Below, one piece after another: positions 30,653 through 32,000 of a stretch of DNA of 32,000 nt. Made by a program: the position numbers and the translations under genes. The stretch is from Aquifex aeolicus VF5 (lineage in GTDB: Bacteria; Aquificota; Aquificia; Aquificales; Aquificaceae): NCBI RefSeq assembly GCF_000008625.1, contig NC_000918.1, positions 690,001 to 722,000 on the forward strand, given 5' to 3'. The number at the start of each line of letters is the position of its first letter. Position 1 is the stretch's first letter. The notes under the pieces were generated by a model. The model had not been told where the DNA came from and ran no database searches. It saw only the letters and a list, made by a program, of their open reading frames with translations.

Positions 30653-30873
30653 TTTTTCGAACATTTTCATTGAATAATTAAATAAATAAGTTATGTGATA
30701 TTTGAATATAAGGAATTTATTAACATGCAATATGCATTGATACACAATAAAAAAATGTTCATATGCCTATTTTTAAAATATTGTTTTGAAAATTTTGTCT
30801 TTTTTTTAAATTTTTTCATGATTTGAAAGGGGAATAAACTAAAAACTAAGAATGCTTAAAGGAGGTGAATTAC

Positions 30874-32000
30874 ATGGATATTTCAAGGAGGGGTTTTTTA
30901 AAACTATCAGTAGGTAGTGTTGGAGCTGGGATATTAGGTGGTCTCGGTTTTGATCTTACACCTGCTTATGCACGTGTAAGAGATTTAAAAATAACAAAGG
31001 CAAAAGTAACAAAAAGTATATGTCCTTACTGCTCCGTATCCTGTGGAATACTAGCCTACTCCCTTTCCGACGGAGCGATGAATGTTAAAGAAAGAATAAT
31101 ACACGTAGAGGGTAACCCGGATGACCCGATAAATAGAGGAACTTTATGTCCTAAAGGGGCAACCTTAAGAGATTTCGTAAACGCTCCTGATAGGCTTACC
31201 AAGCCCTTGTACAGACCTGCAGGATCTACAGAATGGAAAGAAATAAGCTGGGACGAGGCTATAGAGAAGTTCGCAAGATGGGTAAAGGATACGAGGGATA
31301 GGACCTTTATACACAAGGACAAGGCTGGAAGGGTGGTGAACAGATGTGACTCCATAGTTTGGGCTGTGGGCTCACCCCTTGGGAACGAAGAGGGGTGGCT
31401 CATGGTAAAGATCGGTATAGCCTTAGGTCTCTCGGCACGAGAAACGCAGGCGACTATATGACACGCACCTACGGTGGCCAGTTTGGCCCCAACCTTTGGA
31501 AGAGGAGCAATGACTAACAACTGGGTGGACATCTCCAACTCTGACCTCGTATTCGTAATGGGAGGAAACCCGGCGGAGAACCACCCCTGTGGTTTTAAGT
31601 GGGCCATAAAAGCTCGTGAGAAGAGGGGTGCAAAGATAATATGCATAGACCCAAGGTTTAACAGAACCGCCGCTGTGGCAGATATCTTCGTTCAGATAAG
31701 ACCGGGAACAGATATAGCTTTCCTCGGAGGTCTGATTAACTATGTCCTTCAGAACGAGAAGTATCAGAAGGAGTATGTGAGACTGCACACAACAGGACCC
31801 TTCATAGTGAGGGAGGACTTCGGCTTCAAGGACGGACTCTTTACGGGATACGATCCTAAGACGAGGAGCTACGACACGACCACCTGGGACTACGAGTTCG
31901 ATCCTGCTACGGGATATCCCAAGATGGATCCCGAGATGAAGCATCCCAGATGTGTTCTCAACATCCTGAAGGAGCACTACTCGAGGTATACCCCGGAGGT
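30874..32000 (+). CDS. fdhG: Formate dehydrogenase major (catalytic) subunit, selenoprotein with UGA at 31459-31461; partial at right edge
   Basis: Tat signal MDISRRGFLKLSVG after GGAGGTG; 4Fe4S region ICPYCSVSCGILAY; frame continues past TGA as QATI-U-HAPTVASLAPTFGRGAMTNNWVDISNSDLVFVMGGNPAENHP, matching Sec-type formate dehydrogenases. Confidence 0.95.
31473..31494 (+). promoter_or_regulatory. Putative bacterial SECIS hairpin in fdhG mRNA
   Basis: GGU-GGCC-AGUUU-GGCC-CCA-ACC: 4-bp GGCC/GGCC upper stem 14 nt downstream of the UGA, flanked by GGU/ACC pairing. Confidence 0.55.

Noticed and set aside
31423-31977. 184-aa minus ORF and 31056-31646 minus ORF opposite fdhG
   Set aside because: Antisense to formate dehydrogenase; coding signal clearly belongs to the plus frame reading through the Sec UGA.

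Overview
This is a gene-dense bacterial window. Protein content (HDLP-type deacetylase, one motA with two motB genes, selenocysteine genes, formate dehydrogenase) strongly suggests Aquifex aeolicus or a close relative. From left to right it holds: an acyl-CoA ligase/ACP/PlsC-like multidomain gene (partial, minus strand); a 3-repeat mini-CRISPR; motA-motB1-motB2; cutA; sbcC/rad50; dnaE; an SDR oxidoreductase; a small membrane protein plus an MscS channel; a U32 peptidase; a HigB/HigA-like toxin-antitoxin pair followed by an unannotated SecB-like frame; hypE-hypA; a hypothetical gene; an HDAC-like (HDLP/AcuC) gene; a two-domain Usp; gyrB; an AT-rich selenocysteine cluster (selD with an in-frame UGA, selA, divergent selB); a broken Tat/transglutaminase gene; an IS1-type transposase remnant; a LysR regulator; and the 5' part of a UGA-containing formate dehydrogenase. 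The best candidate for a poorly described system is the toxin-antitoxin-chaperone (TAC-like) module at 15.2-16.46 kb. Its SecB-like frame lies directly after the antitoxin stop codon in the same frame, has no canonical upstream start, and the module is preceded by two overlapping perfect palindromes. The two selenoprotein genes, which an ordinary ORF caller truncates, are the other clear findings.
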